Part shown: positions 26,773 to 41,355 of the stretch, in pieces | How the letters are laid out: each line of letters begins with the position of its first letter | How positions within the stretch are numbered: position 1 is the first letter of the stretch | Assembly: GCA_003971905.1 (NCBI GenBank) | Contig: RSEE01000133.1 | Span: 62,001-126,000 of the forward strand | Direction: 5' to 3' | DNA: 64,000 nucleotides | Source: Moniliella sp. 'wahieum' | Taxonomy: Eukaryota | Notes under the pieces: model-generated | Told to the model about the DNA's origin: nothing | What the model saw: only the letters and a program-made list of their open reading frames with translations | Database searches by the model: none | Program-made: the position numbers and the translations under genes

Positions 26773-27683
26773 ATGTCCGCCGCCGCCAGCACCCCGCTCA
26801 AGTACGCCGATGCCAAGTACATCTTCCTCACTGACTTTGACGGCACCATCACCCTGCTCGACTCGAACGACCACATGGTCGACAACTACGGCATGGGCTA
26901 CACGGAGCGCCGCAAGATCAACGAGAAGATCGTGTCGGAGCAGGTCTCCTACCGCGACGGTTTCCGCCAGATGGTCGAGAGTGTCCACCAGCCCTTCCAC
27001 AAGATGAAGCGCTTGTCCGCCGCGACGTGACCCTCGATCCGGGCTTCAAGGACTTCCACGCCTTTGCCAAGGCCAACCACATCCCATCATTGTCGTCTCC
27101 TCGGGCATGACCCCCATCATCCGCTCCATCTTTGCCAACCTCATTGGCGACGAGGAGGCCAGCAAGATCGATGTCATCTCCAACGACGTGCGCTTCACCG
27201 ACCCCGAGGGCAAGGGCGACACGTGGGAGCTGGTCTACCGCCACCCGGACAAGTACGTCCTTCTTCGTGTTCCCTTCTCACCTTGCTTGCATCTGCATCT
27301 TGCGTCTGCGTCTGCGTCTGCGTCTGTGCAGTACAGCTTACTCTCCTTCTCTGATCCCTGCAACCACGTACGCGTAGCCATACGGCCACGACAAAAGCCT
27401 CTCCATCCTGCCCTACCGCAACCTGGAGCACGCGCCCACGCTCTTTTTTGCCGGCGATGGCATTAGCGACATGAGCGCCGCGACGCATGCGGACGTGCTC
27501 TTTGTCAAGGACAAGCCTGACAACGATCTGGGTCGGTACTGCGACCGCAAGGGCTACCCCTACAAGCTGTTTAAAGATTGGACGCAGATCAAGGCGGATG
27601 TGCAGGCGATCATTGATGGCAAGGCGGCGCCCAAGGAGATCATGACTGACCTGGGCAAGACAAACGGGCAAAACGCCCGCTGA
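26773..27683 (+). CDS. HAD-superfamily phosphatase, Pyp1/YNL010W (MtnX-like)
   Basis: Motif I FLTDFDGTIT, motif II VVSSGM, GHDKS and motif IV GDGISDMSAA. Intron 27253-27377. Frameshifts near 27010 and 27085. Confidence 0.88.
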
Positions 27684-28711
27684 ACTGGAAGCCGAGGCAG
27701 CCGCCAAAAAGGTTTCTGCCAAGGCGTAGGATCTCTACCCCATCTCCACTTGCGCACTTGCAGCAGCACACTGCCTCCGCCACGGCATTAGCTCCCTAGT
27801 CACTAGTCACTCTAGTCCCTCCTGGCGCTCCAACTCGTCACCCCACCACCCCTTTTGTAGCTTGCCCACGCTTGCCCAAGCTTGCAGGATCGGCAATCGA
27901 ATCGATTCCTGCTAAGACAAGAGCTCACTGCCGCATCACACCACGCCGCGTGCCACCCTGCGCAGGTAGGTAGGTAGACCACGGACTGACCCCCCCCCCC
28001 ACACTCCTGCCCCACTGCCCCACTGCCCCACTGCCCAGCCGTAGCCACGCCTTCGTATTCACCAGGCAGAAAAGAAAAGGTGGCAGAGACGGTTGCGTCT
28101 CGATGCGCCCTGGCCGCTACCACCTAGTCCAGCCCACAGCTGCAGGGATGAGATGGGGGGATCCAACAGGGACGAGGACCAGGTGCGAACTAGGTCCACC
28201 TCGGGGTTCCTTGGTCTTCTTCTCCACTTTGGGTCTTCCTTGCCGCAAACAGCAGATCCGGGGACAGAGACCGCGACCGCAGTCGCAGCCGCAACCGGTG
28301 CCCGGGAACCCTCCGTATTCCGTCCCTCTTTCGCCATGAGACTGAGAATTGAGAATTGAGACGAGCGCCGCTAGGGGCGCGGCGAGCACAGTGGTGGATG
28401 GCTAGGGACCAACAGTGACTCTAGTGACTAGTGACTGGGATCATACATCGTCCCAATGGGGGGTGCCCTGCGGGAAGGGTGCCATGTTAGATCTTAGATT
28501 ATCTGGCAGGCGGGGGTGCTACTATGATTAGTGACTAGAAGGAGCGAGGTCGATTCGATTATCCTGTCACATTGGTGTTAACTATAAGGGAAACGGCAGC
28601 CCGGCAGCGTTTTTGATCTCCTGCCCTCTCGTGCGTTTCGTACGACGGGAGCACTCGCGATCCGCAATCCATGCATCAGCTGCCACGCAGCCGTCAGATC
28701 CAGGCGAGGCG

Positions 28712-28756
28712 TCAAGCTTCAAGCTTCAAGCTTCAAGCTTCAAGCTTCAAGCTTCA
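28712..28756 (+). repeat. Heptamer tandem array (TCAAGCT)x6
   Basis: Six exact copies plus a terminal TCA, read directly from the sequence. Confidence 0.95.
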
Positions 28757-29625
28757 AGGCAAAGTGGGTGGGAGGTGAGGAAGGGAGTGGGGAGCCACCA
28801 GTCGTCAAGCAACGTCAGATCTCAGAGGGGAATAAAGCCTAAGGAGATAGGTGAGATCCGAGAGAGGGAGATGCAGCGAGCAGGGAGTGTGTGGTAGGGA
28901 GTGTGCAGTAGTGCGCAGCCTGGGAGCGCAACCCTTCTAGGCGAACGTCACGCGTCACCGGTCACCCGATCAACTGAGTACGCAGACTGAGTACACTGAG
29001 TAGCGTAAACTAGTAACTGAGTACCGACAAGTCCCCAGACGGGCCGGGCCGGGGAACGCTCGCAACCGCACTGCTCCGCAGTTGCTTGCTGGCTTTTGCT
29101 GTGCAGTGCAGTCGCCAGGGTGGACTTGTTGCTTGGCTTTCTTCAGACTTCAGGCGAAAGAGGGAGTTCCACCGAGAATCTGCGCGTATTGGGCCGACAG
29201 GGCGTGCGGGCGAAGACAAGAGGCCAGTGACTAGCCGGGGACGAGGGAGCTGTCTAGTGACTACGCAGCGCAGTCGCCAGCCCGTCGCGAGTACTCAGTA
29301 CTCGGTCTGCTCCAGCCCGGCGCACGGCCGGCACGGGCGGGGGAGGGCTGTGGGGAGGCGGTGGGGGTGGTGAGACACGGCGTGCAGTGTGCTGGGCTAC
29401 GGGTTGAGCAGTACATGCTATTATACTGTACGCACTAAGCCCTGGGGTTTGCGCGCGAAATCGACCGTTTGCATTGGACCGAAAACCGCTCGCCTCGACC
29501 CCGGCCGAGCGGTCGGTGGGGGAGTGATGGGGTTCGGCCCTTAGGGTGTATATATACCCCTCGGGCGTCCAGCTGGCACCTAGTGCCAACCGACCGACCG
29601 ACCCACTGCTGCTAGGCCGCCCCTG

Positions 29626-30748
29626 ATGCCGAAACCTGCTCCCCACTGGAAAGACAGCGAGGCAGCTGCCGAAGCGCCTCCGCCGAGCTACGACGAAGCG
29701 ACCTACACCTCTCCTGCGGCTGGCCTGGCGGTGCGCGCGCTTCCGCGCCGTTGGGCTCCCCTGCGGCCGGGCCGAGCGCCAGCGCGAGCACGGCCGCCGC
29801 AGGCTCGGTGTTCGCCCAGGCCAAGCAGATGTATGGGAATCCGCTCGCGTCCATGCCCAGTGGGCGGCGACGGAGCAGGATGCGCGCCTGACGCAGCTGC
29901 CTACGATTGACTTTATGTTGCGTGTCAAGGCACGTTTGGGTCGTAAGGCTGGCACGCCATTCGACCCGCCGCCCGTGAGCTTTTCCGTCCCGTTCCGCGC
30001 TCGGTCTCGAAGGCGGCAGCGGGTGCGGGATCGGCCTTTGCGCCACTGGTGACGCCGTCGCTGGGTAAGGACCGGCTGATCGGGGCCGGGTTTAAGCCGA
30101 CTACTGTGGTCGGGTGTTGGCTGCGCACGATGTGAGTGCGGCGGACTATGCGCGCTTTTTGGAGGACATATTTACGCGGCGGCAAAGTGGGTGGGAAAGG
30201 TCAGTCGTGGCTAACGTTCGCCGATTGCGATGCACATGGGCATGACGGGGTACTTTGTGACGAAAGCGATTGTCAAGCGCTTTGCACGGCGCAACGAGCC
30301 CTTGGTCGTACATACCATCGAGACGTGGCAAGAGACGTTCTTTGGCCCACGGGGGATAGATATGTACGTGGTGCAAAATGAGAACGCGCGACAGCTCAAG
30401 CCGTGGGTAAGGATACGGTGCCCCGCCCACTCCCGCCTGAAGTGGTCCAAGCACTACATGCTATGCCGCCGGCACCTGATTCCGACTCGTCCAGTTCTTC
30501 CTCTAATTCCAGTTCCAGTTCCTCCTCCAGCTCCAGCGACTCGGACTCGGATGCACCCCCGTCTGTCCAAGCGCGAAAAGAAGGAGCGGAAAAAAGCGCA
30601 AGAGGGACAAGCAGTTGGCCAAAAAGAACCGCGTCAAGAAAAAGAAGGGTACCTACCTCGTCTTTGCCCCTCTGCGGAATACCACGTGGCCAGCGCCCCC
30701 CGCGCCCCGCCCGGTCCGTCCTGGCGCGCTGGGTACGATGCCAAGTGA
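29626..30748 (+). CDS. Fungal DUF4646-like protein
   Basis: N-terminal PPPSY, HDVSAADYARFLEDI, IETWQETFFGPRGID, then a Ser-rich tract and Lys-rich tail. The pattern matches my recollection of DUF4646. Several frameshifts. Confidence 0.55.
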
Positions 30749-31639
30749 GCCCATATATCTACTCGGCAGCCCACTGCACGCGGGCCGAAACAACGGGTGT
30801 GGTTCCAGTCAAACTACGGTTGTTCACGTCTTTGTAGTTTGGTCTCCCTCTTCTTTCCTTTTGGTCCTTTGTTGGCTCAAATTCGTTCCCCATACTGATG
30901 GGCTCGCGATGTCATTTGGTGTGATGGTATGGTTCGGATCGCCCCCACTTATTGGGCGCAGAGTTAGCTTGTATGCATATAGGGAATTGGTACTTTTCTC
31001 TGTTGTACTTACAGAATCGATGGACAGATCTGTTGTCCTGAGTCGCCATGCTACGCTCTTCATAACATAGAGACCTCGATATACAAGTTCCCTCATCGAC
31101 ATCACAGTGGATCCATTCTGTTTTTCCCGCTTGGCACCATCTACCACCAAGTCGTACGTTCAGGGTAGCAAGCGTCTGGGAACCCACCCCCACCCCCGGG
31201 GCTGCTATTACGGCAATGCTCGTGCCAGTGAGTTACGTATGATTTGTCGAGCCGGGGCTTTTACGGCCCACTGCAGTCGAACGAAGTCCACGGGCCTTGC
31301 GTTATTTTGGTTGGCCTTGAATACGACAAGACGATAAGGAGAGGTGGATGAACTTCTCCCATTTCCCAGCCACAGAAACGTACAGTGCTGCGATAGAATG
31401 CACTCAGTGTCTACCACTCCGACCCAAGTCAACGTATAGTCAACTGGTCCAACAGAGGTGAGGAGTAAAGTACGTGTACTAATGTACTAATTCTCACGCC
31501 ACAGTGATGCACATGTGTAGTTGTGCTCTCATTCTCATATTCCCATCCTCTGCGTATTTTCACTACTTGCTGCGCTTCACACTTGCAGCTTGTCACTTAA
31601 ATTCAATCATCAATACCTTGTTCTACTCACGGCGGTTGG

Positions 31640-34600
31640 TTACGCTGTTGGCGCGTCTTGGCGAAGCTTGTTAATGTGCTGGTAAAACTGCACATGAGAC
31701 GCGCCTGAGCCATGGGCATAAATGAAAGACGCCGCGACAAACGCGGCAAAAGCCGAGCGAGCATATGCCACCGGGATGCGCGCCACCAGCACGTCCAGGC
31801 CCACCTTGTTCCGCAGCGTAGCCGGGAAGACATGTGCCATGACGCTACGCCGCACGCCCTCGTCGTCGTACAAGTTGGTCGCTGCAATTTCTTCCGAGAG
31901 CAGGTTGAGCGCAGTAGACAGTTCGGTCGACAGTACCGAGCGTGCCCGGCCGAGGCTTGGTGTTCCCTCCAAATCGCTTCGAATTCCATCGCTGCGTTGC
32001 GCGCAATGATCGACTGAATGTCCCGCACATAGCCTAGGTAAAACGGCGTCGGCTTGCCCCCCTGGAACGTCATGTTGAGCAAAAACTCCTCGTCCGTCAG
32101 CGACAGCCCGCACAGCACTTCCAACGACGACGAGGTCACCCCGCCCTTGTTGGCACTCGCATCGGGGTAGAATCACGCCGTGCTTCTCGAGTTCAATCCG
32201 CGCTTGGCGCGTGATAAACAGGTTGGCACCCTCGACAATGTACTTAAAGTGGGGCTTGCCCTCGGCGTCAAACAGTTTGCCCACATTGGAAATGTTGATC
32301 GCTTCGGGACGCCCGCCACAGGGGACAAAGAGATCGGCATGAAAGTTGAGATGGGCTGTGTTGCGGTACGACAGACCGTCCGGGACCACCTCGCCTGATG
32401 GCAAAGTCACATCCTTGTCTTCGACCAGGACGCGGAAGCCGCCCTTGCCCAGTTTGGCCAGGTCAAACTGATTGATCATCTTGCGCAGCTTGGCCAGGCG
32501 CACCAGTTCCGCCCGGTCCAGCCCGGCCGGATCGTGCAGCACGCCCGCACCATCAATGATGGTTGTGGTCCGGTCCGAAGAGAGAAGAATCTCGTTCGAG
32601 CCCAGGTCGCCGTCTGGACCGCCAGTCTGCACCTTGGTCACCTCCTTCTCCTCCAGCCCGAGGCGACGGTACAAGCCCAACACGTACTGCCGGATCGAAA
32701 GCGACGTCATCCCCCACACGTCGTGTGGCACCCCGCCCAGCGTGGCGGCCGTCTTGCCCGTGGTAAACGATTTCCACCAGGGCGCGCCGCGCGCGCGCGC
32801 ATGTTCCGCGCCCCAGTCCATAAACTCGGCCGTGCCCTCGTCCGGACCAAAGAACAAATCTCCTCCTTGCCGTACAAGTCGACAATTTCTTCCTTGACCC
32901 CGGGCGTCTCGCCCTTGATCAGCAAGTCAATCACCGCATCCACGTACTTTTCAAAGCACACTTGCGGCGTGGCCTCGAGCGTGGGCAAAATGGTACCCTT
33001 GGACCCACCTTCGGGAATGTCCTTGTTCTTCAGGTGCTGGGTCCAGGCCAAACCATAGTTCTCATCAAACAACGTGCGTTGATTGATCGAGTAATTTTCC
33101 CGGTTGCGCGACCGCACAATCCGAATCCCGCCACGCGCAATGTCGGCAAAGCGGACGTGGAAGCCACGGAAATCCGACCCAACCACAAAAAAGATCCCAT
33201 ACGGCTTGACGGGGTACTCGACCTCGGGCAAAAACCCAGGATCCAACCGGAACGAAAGCGCCACCTTGGTAGGCGTGTAAAAGTTGGTCTTGAGCACACT
33301 CTTGTTGAACGCCAACAACGCTTCGAGCACTTGCAGTTCATGGGTATTGTTCGTGGCCTTGCGGATGCGGCGGTCGTGGATTTGGGTATCGGTAAGAACT
33401 TCTTCCTTGACCAGACGCTGGTACGAAAGCGTCGGCACCAGCTCATCGTCCCCGGCTCCACCGGGGTAATGAATATTGGCAAAGTGAACGTAGAGCAGCC
33501 GGATCAGGTCCGGGAAACGCACCAGCACATCTTGGATGCTGGCCCGGGTAAACGTCTCTTCACGGAACCGCGTCTTGATCTCGTTGAGGATCGAGGCTTG
33601 GGCTGGATCGGTATCGTCCAGCAGGTTGCGCAGCGCTTGGTACGACTGGCCCAGACGGTTGCAAAAGTGCTGGGCAAAGAGCCAGCCTACGTAGGCGTAC
33701 GTGGCCTCTTGCACCGCATGGCCTTGCTGCGGGTTGGTCGGGTCGCTGACCTGGAAAAAGGGGTTGTCGGGCAACGTGTAGAGCAGAGAGGCTTCCCTTG
33801 TGATCTGGTTGATCGAGTGTTCAATCGGTGGGTAGCCCGAGACCGGGAGCGGGTTGAGGTAGGCACACAAAATCGTCACGCCATTGCTAAACTGCTCCAC
33901 GTACTTGCGCGAAGAGAAGAGACCATAAAAGTGGTACAGGTCGCTAAAGCTGGAGAAGTAGTTGCTGGTTGAGCCTTGGCGGTAGCCAATCACGACACGG
34001 TGTTCGAGGCTGCCTTCCACTTGGTAGACCTCTATACCCAAGGACAACCGCGGAACCAAAAAAGAGATGCAAAGTCAGTACCTAATAGTCGGATATACGG
34101 GGGGGGGGTTAGAGACGAAAGCAAAAGGCAATACATACCAATGACGGGACCGGATCGACGTAGGACCTCAGTCATGACTTCCTGGTACATGTCGAGGGTT
34201 TTCTGCGAGGCGCGGGCCAAAAAGTTCTTGTCGGATACCTTGCGCAAGTCGGTAAATGCAGCTGAGGCCGGCTGGGGCACCGGCTGGACAAAGTCCGACT
34301 TGGTGAGAAAGTAGCAGCGCAGCTGTTGCTTCGACTGGGCCGAGACGGATCCGGTGGAGCGGTACGACTCGAGGCGGTACGAGTGCTGAAGCGTCGTGTT
34401 GTTGAGGTAGCGCTGGTCAATGCGGCGCTCCCAGTCGGGCTTGTTGCTCTGGCTAGCGCGGCCGGGCTGGGACGAGTGGATGTAGAGTGCGCCCGAGCCA
34501 TCGTCCGCCTCCTTCTCGAGGTCGACATCGAGGCTGGGGGTGTGGTTGGTGTAGGCGAGGATCTTGGCGCCAAAGAGGGCCATGACATGGTCCGCAATGG

Positions 34601-34886
34601 TCGCGGGCGCCTCGAGGGCAAAGTAGTTGTCGTCAATGCCGAGGCCGCGGTAAAACCACTGGACTTCGGGTTCGACAAGACTGGCGGGGATAAAGCCCTT
34701 GCTGTGCAGCAGCTCGACCACCTTGGCTGCCTGCTCGTCCTTGCCCTTGAAGACGGGCGTGGCGTAGCCGGCTTGGTTGGGGATGATGTGGTCGGCGGGC
34801 GTGGGGGCGGCGGGGGGTGGCTGTGTCGGCTTGAGCGCGGCGACGGGCGGGGACGCCCGAGGCGGCGGTGGCGGGGGGGGAGACAT
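31640..34886 (-). CDS. GDH2: NAD-specific glutamate dehydrogenase
   Basis: FRGFHVRFADIARGGIRIV, KNKDIPEGGSKG, FFGPDEGTA, KSFTTGK, QTGGPDGDLGSNEI, FVPCGGRPE and IVEGANLF. Intron about 34030-34138. A few frameshifts. Confidence 0.96.
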
Positions 34887-36539
34887 GAACCCTACGAAGA
34901 CGGGGGAGGCGTCGTGGCGAGCGGAGAGGACGCGGGCGAGGCGAGACGCTTAAATACAGACGCGAGGGGCGCAGTGGGGTCTGCGCGACGGATGGCTGTG
35001 GAGGGGCTGGATGGAATAGTGAGTACTGAGTGCTCTCTTCAGCGGAAGGCTGCCCAGGATGGAGACGGCGGTCTGTGCGCAGCCGAGGCGGGCGACAGAG
35101 GGATGTGGCGCCGTGTGCGGGAGGCGGGGGGCACTTGCGGACACAGACACGCCAGCGGGGCAAGCCGGCCCGCGATTTGCCGTGCGTCGGCCGTGCGGGC
35201 GCACAGGAGCGCACTGGATGGGCGCCCCAACCGGCGCCCGCCAGGCACACACCACGACGACCCTGGCCACCCCAGCCACACCCAAGACACCGCACGCGAG
35301 AGAGGCCGCACTGGCCAGCCCTGCCGCCCGCCCCCATCCATCCACCGCATCCCTCCCAAGCCCATCCACAGCCATGTCACCATGTCACCGCCTCTGACGA
35401 GCTGACCCTCGGCGGGTGCGCTCGGAGCGCGGGGAAAGACGGCGCGCGGGGCGGGCCATGGCGCCAGTGCCTCACCAATACACAGACCCCCTTCCGATGC
35501 CGATCCTCTCTTCCCGTCGCCACGGCCAGACGGAAGCAATGGCGAGCGGCGTTTAGCACGTGGCGTTTGGCGTTTGGCGTTTGGGGCGGAGCGCGTAGCG
35601 CTTATTAGCGCACCGACCAGCGTCAGTAACCTAGTAACCATTGGGGGCATCGGGCAAATAGCGGGGGAGTGGCGACTTGCACGGCCCAAACGTCTCACCC
35701 GCCTGCGCGCCCATGTGGGGAACGCACTACGCCAGAGCCCCGCGCAATGTTGCCATGCGCTCCAAGGGTTCACACTGACACGTCGACACCACGTCCACGC
35801 AAATGCCTTACACGTTACCCTCCGGCATTGCGTCAGCGCAACACACCACCGACAGAGACGCTCTGCGCTACCCCCCCCTCTTGCAGCTTAACGCCTTAAC
35901 GCCGCTCCTCTCGGCGTCTTCCACCTTCGGGACCTTTTGGAACAGGTATTTTCATCGTCACCCCCACTACAGAACGCGACAAGACCGTGTGGGGCATCGC
36001 CACGGGGGAGACAGTGACATGTGTGCTTCGTCCGTGGCAAGCCAACTGTCACGGTCCTCTTAGCTAATCAGGTAAATCTTCTCCCCGCTCTTCGCCGATC
36101 CTGTTCTCCTTTCTCCTACCAGTGCATCCTTTGCTTTCCTTGGTGCTTGGCCTCACTCGTCTTGCCCGACTCTTACACCGAGGGGGGGAATGATGGGATG
36201 CGCCCATCCACCGCGACGGAGGCGCACAGGAGACGATGCATCTGGGGGATGTGGGGGGAGAGCTAGTAGTGATGCGAGTGACGATGACCGGTGACCGGTG
36301 ACCACTCAAGAAGGGAGATGGCCAACCAAAGCCAAATCGAACATTCGACTTTGGATTCTCCAGCGCCGGGCGGCGCTTGGCATTCCGCTCGCGGCGGGCG
36401 GAGTTACGTGGCAAGCCCGGACATCGGACATCGGACATGGCACATGGGACATGGGCCTGGGCAGGAAAAAAAACCCAACGCGGCGCTCTTCTCGCTTTCT
36501 CGTCTCCCCCACCACCACCTTCCCCATCTCGATCGCGGC

Positions 36540-37305
<766 letters not shown>

Positions 37306-37798
37306 CCTTGTCGTTGTTCTGGTCTCCCTCTCCCTTTCAATCTTTTTCCCTGCCCCCCTCCCCCTGCCCTTGCTCCCTGCACATGTAGGTTAGCCAACGG
37401 GAAGGCAACTGTTTTTTTTTATCCGCAGGGATACCATGTGTTTTTGTAGCCCTCCACGGCCCTTAGTCACGGACGGAAGTGAATGAATATCAAGTGCGCG
37501 CCCACAGCGTCTCTCGGTGGTTTGCGTGGCGTGGCGTGGCGTGGCGTGGCGTGGCGTGCGTGGCGTGGCATGGCATGGTATGGCTGTCGTTGTCATCGTT
37601 TCTGTCACAGTGCTGCGTTTGGCTTAGGTAGGCCAGCTCTCTTGCTCATCTACGTGGTTGAGTTTGCTTTTGGCTGGTCCCCGGCTGGGCCTGGTTGGAT
37701 GGAGAAGCGGATGGATTTTCAACCTAGGAGGGAGAGAAGGCGAGAAGCCCCGAAAGGGGGCTCGACGTTTCGTTTCTCCCGTTTGGCTCGATGGACCA

Positions 37799-39109
37799 CT
37801 AGAGGCCCGCGGCCTTGCGAACTTCGGCAGCAAAGTCAGCTGGCTCGGCGCTGTCGTCGGCCGTTGTCTCGCCCACGGCCCAGCGGCGCAAGCCGGCCGC
37901 CTGGGCGTCCACCTGGGTCGCCTGGCTCCAGGCACGAAGAACGTCATGGACCGACTGGGAAGCGTCAGTGGCCGTCTGGGGCGGAAGCGCCGAGGGGAGC
38001 ATGAGGAAAGGTTGTTCCAGCAACGCTTCGGACGTTTCTTGCGCCGGCACGTGGTCTGCCAGCGGAGCGTCGCCCGAAAGAGAGGCAGTGGGCATGCCAG
38101 CCGCTTGACGTGCCAGCGACCGACCCAGTGAGCGCACTTGTTTGCTCAAATCGTCCGGGATGACATTTTGAGGTGCATTGTTAAGGTGGGCCAGGACCAA
38201 GGCACCCACTTTGCCCACGGTGACCGTATGCCCAAGCTGCTTGTGCGCGGCCTTGGTCGCGTCGGACACCTCGGTTTCGCACGCCGGCTCGGCAAATGCA
38301 TTGTGTGCATACGCAGCGATCACAGGTACCGCCGTCGTCGGCGCAGGGAAGAAGGCGGCAGCACGACGCACCTGGATGTTCTCGCCCAGGCGCGCAACAG
38401 CGTCGACAATGGCTTGGCCAATAGTGATGGCCGACTTGGGCGGCGCAGCGCCCGGGTGCGAAGGCAGAAGCGGAAGCGCGGTAAGCTGCTTCACCTCAAT
38501 GTCCTGCAACCCGGTCTTCTCGCCGCCAGCAATCATAGGGAAGTTGGCGGCGGAATGGACAATGTCACGGGCGAGCGTTTGAAACAGCTCGCTCTTGGCC
38601 ACAAAGTCCGTCTCGCACGCCACTTCGACAATCGCCGCGCTGGCGGGCGCGCGGGACGGCGGGCTGGTGCGCGGGACAAAGTTCCACCCATCGTTGAGGA
38701 CAGCCAGGGCGATCGCACCCTCGTTAGCTGAGCGCGATCCCAGTTTGGCTGCCTTGGCTGCGCCGGACGCTTGCCGGTCCTGTTCCAGCCACGCAATTGC
38801 CGCCTCGAGCGAGTCGGCGCCCTCGGGCCCGTCTGGACGCGACGCCAACAACGCTTCCCGCGCCTTGGTCAGCGACGTGCCCGGGACCCGCTCCCGCACC
38901 AACTTGATGTTCTTCACATCGGGCTTGCGCACCTCGAACTGCACTGCCGAGCCGTGCAGACGCGCGACGCCGCCCAGCGCCAAAGGCCGCCGCACCGGCG
39001 CCATCGCCATCGCACGCACACTCGGACACACACGCGCAAACCTACGTGCCCACACGGACGGACGGGGGGTTAGCGCCGGCAAGCAGGGGGGAAGCAGCAC
39101 GCACAGCAT
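37799..39109 (-). CDS. TSF1: Mitochondrial translation elongation factor Ts
   Basis: UBA-like KNIKLVRERVPGTSLTKAREAL, AAKAAKLGSRSANEG, EVACETDFVAK and RLGENIQVRRA. Basic presequence-like N-terminus; the start may instead be 39010. Confidence 0.92.
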   Translation of the reverse strand: MLCVLLPPCLPALTPRPSVWARRFARVCPSVRAMAMAPVRRPLALGGVARLHGSAVQFEVRKPDVKNIKLVRERVPGTSLTKAREALLASRPDGPEGADSLEAAIAWLEQDRQASGAAKAAKLGSRSANEGAIALAVLNDGWNFVPRTSPPSRAPASAAIVEVACETDFVAKSELFQTLARDIVHSAANFPMIAGGEKTGLQDIEVKQLTALPLLPSHPGAAPPKSAITIGQAIVDAVARLGENIQVRRAAAFFPAPTTAVPVIAAYAHNAFAEPACETEVSDATKAAHKQLGHTVTVGKVGALVLAHLNNAPQNVIPDDLSKQVRSLGRSLARQAAGMPTASLSGDAPLADHVPAQETSEALLEQPFLMLPSALPPQTATDASQSVHDVLRAWSQATQVDAQAAGLRRWAVGETTADDSAEPADFAAEVRKAAGL

Positions 39110-39576
39110 CGCGAGTGGTTTGGGAGCGACAGAGGTGGTTGGGACGCTTGTCCCTCATTTCTTCTCAGAGCCCGCGCCAAATAAGAGCCGCGCTTCCACC
39201 GACTCATTAGCCCTGCGCGACGGAAGGAAGCTTCCGCGTTTCAAATGTGCAATTGGCGGCGGGCAGTCGGGGCGGATTCTTTTTGCCGCCGGCCGCCGCC
39301 ATGTCGGCTGGCCTGCCCGCCGGGTCGGATGGGCGGCGTGGCCCGCACGGAAGCGGCGGCCGAGGCGGAGGCAGCCTGCGCACCCGACGCGCCCGAGCAA
39401 CCACACGAGCTTCCGCCGGCTTCTCTCTCACATATCAGGTCGATCTCAGGTGTGGCCGCGCAGGGCAAACGCCCACACAACACACGGTCACATGTGACGT
39501 AAGAACCCAAATCGACCGCCCTTCGTTGGCCCTCGCCTTTTCGCACCTCGCACCCGTCCACTTGCATCCGCCACCC

Positions 39577-40285
39577 ATGAGCCCCTCCGCCACCGCCTCC
39601 GCCCCACGTCCGTGCTCTTCGTCTGCACCGGCAACATCTGCCGCAGCCCCATGGCCGAGGCCGTGCTGAAGCACGTCGTCAAGCAGCAGGGCCTTGCCGC
39701 CCACTTCTCCACCATCGACTCGTGCGGTACGGGCGGGTACCACGTTGGCGACGCGGCGGATTACCGGTACGTGGTGGTTCGTGCTACGACGGCAGCGACG
39801 GCAGCGAACGCGGGGCAGGAACCTACGCTGAGCCTTGCTCCCCCCCCCTAACCCCCGTTGCTTGCCTGTCCTGTAGACCGAGCGGTCAGCTGACGCCTCT
39901 CTCTGGCCTCCCCTGCCTCTCCCCCTTTGGTTTGCATACGCGGTTTTTGGTCGGCTATCTGCATGGGCGCATGCGCAGTACGCGTGCGGTGTGCCGGAAA
40001 GAAAACGTAGTGTGCGACAGTGTGGCGCGCAAGTTACGTGCGACCGACTTTGAGCGGTTCGACTACATATTTGGGTTGGACCAAGGCCATGTGCGCTACC
40101 TCCGTTCGCGTGCCCCGCCAGGGTGCAAAGCCCAGATTCGCCTCTTTGGCTCGGTCGACGATAACTTGGACGTGGACGATCCTTACTATGGCGACATGGC
40201 CGACTTTGAACAGTCGTTTGTCCAGTGCGATCGCTACGCGCGCAAGTTCCTCCAGTCCCTTGGCTTGGCCGGGAGCAAGGCCTGA
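39577..40285 (+). CDS. LTP1: Low-molecular-weight protein tyrosine phosphatase
   Basis: P-loop VLFVCTGNICRSPMAEAV, IDSCGTGGYHVG and DDPYYG. Intron 39767-39978. Confidence 0.95.
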
Positions 40286-41355
40286 GGTTCAGCCGTGAGC
40301 CTGAGAGCCAAGCTGAGCTGGGTCCTTGGTAGATAAGGGAGGCGCGTTGCGATAGCAGGAGCTGGCCTCCGGTGTTGGGAATACCATGGTCCTTGGCGCT
40401 GGGAGGCGCAAGCGCAAGCGAGCCTGCTGGAAACTGTGTGCTGATCATGGTTCGGGGAAACAGTATCCTTCTTTGTTGCCATGTACTGATAGCACAGGTG
40501 CCCCCCCCACCCACACATGCGCACTGGGGCCTTACGCCTTACGGGGGCGGCGACTTGAGCCTTCTGCACAACAATGTTGGGTGTGGTCTCTGGTCTCTAC
40601 GAGCGGACGAGGAGGTGCCTAGTGTGGTACCCGGGGAAGGGCACGGCGAGCCAGTTGATGGATGGCCATGATCGATTATCCATTCGGGCCGGGAGCAGCA
40701 GAGGCTGAGGACAGGATGGCTAGAAGAGAACCTGGCGTCCATGTACAGGAGAGAGAGGAGAAGCGCACGTGGTGCTCGGTGGATGATTGATCGATGGAGC
40801 AAGGCAGTGGAGAGGAGGCAGACACAGTCATCGATTCGTCAAGAGGTGTCTACTAATATTCCATGGCGTGGACGATGCGGACTCAGTACTCACCAACCAA
40901 CAGCACCGCCCTTGCGCCGCCACGCCATCGTGTACTGCTGACAACTGTCCAGTAGTACGAGGGGCACGTAGCGGGAGCAGATGGAAAACAAGGGAGAGAC
41001 AAGCGATGGCCGGGCGGGCCAAATTGCCATGGGCGTTAGTACGATTGAATCTTGATGGCGCGATATCTGATGTAACATGTAACACGTAACTGCTGCACTG
41101 AGTTACTGATGGTTCGGAAACTGTGGTGCTTGCAAATTCGGCACGCCGTGCCGGAGTTCATCTCGGCGATGGGATGCTGGGGATGGATGCTGGGGATGGG
41201 TGTCGAGAGGAAGACGAGAAAGAAGAAAAAAGAAAAGACACCAGTGGCTGCGATTGGCAACCGAGGGCAAGGTGTGTTAATATGTGAAGGCACAGCGCCT
41301 GTGTGGCGCGCGCGCTGCTAAGCTAAGCCAAGCCCAGCCAAGCCACAGCGAAGAC

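Noticed and set aside
28712..28756. Tandem arrays as CRISPR or restriction-site cloning scars
   Set aside because: No unique spacers or cas genes, and the context is eukaryotic. The HindIII, SpeI and AgeI-like sites are dispersed by-products of the heptamer pattern, not a polylinker.
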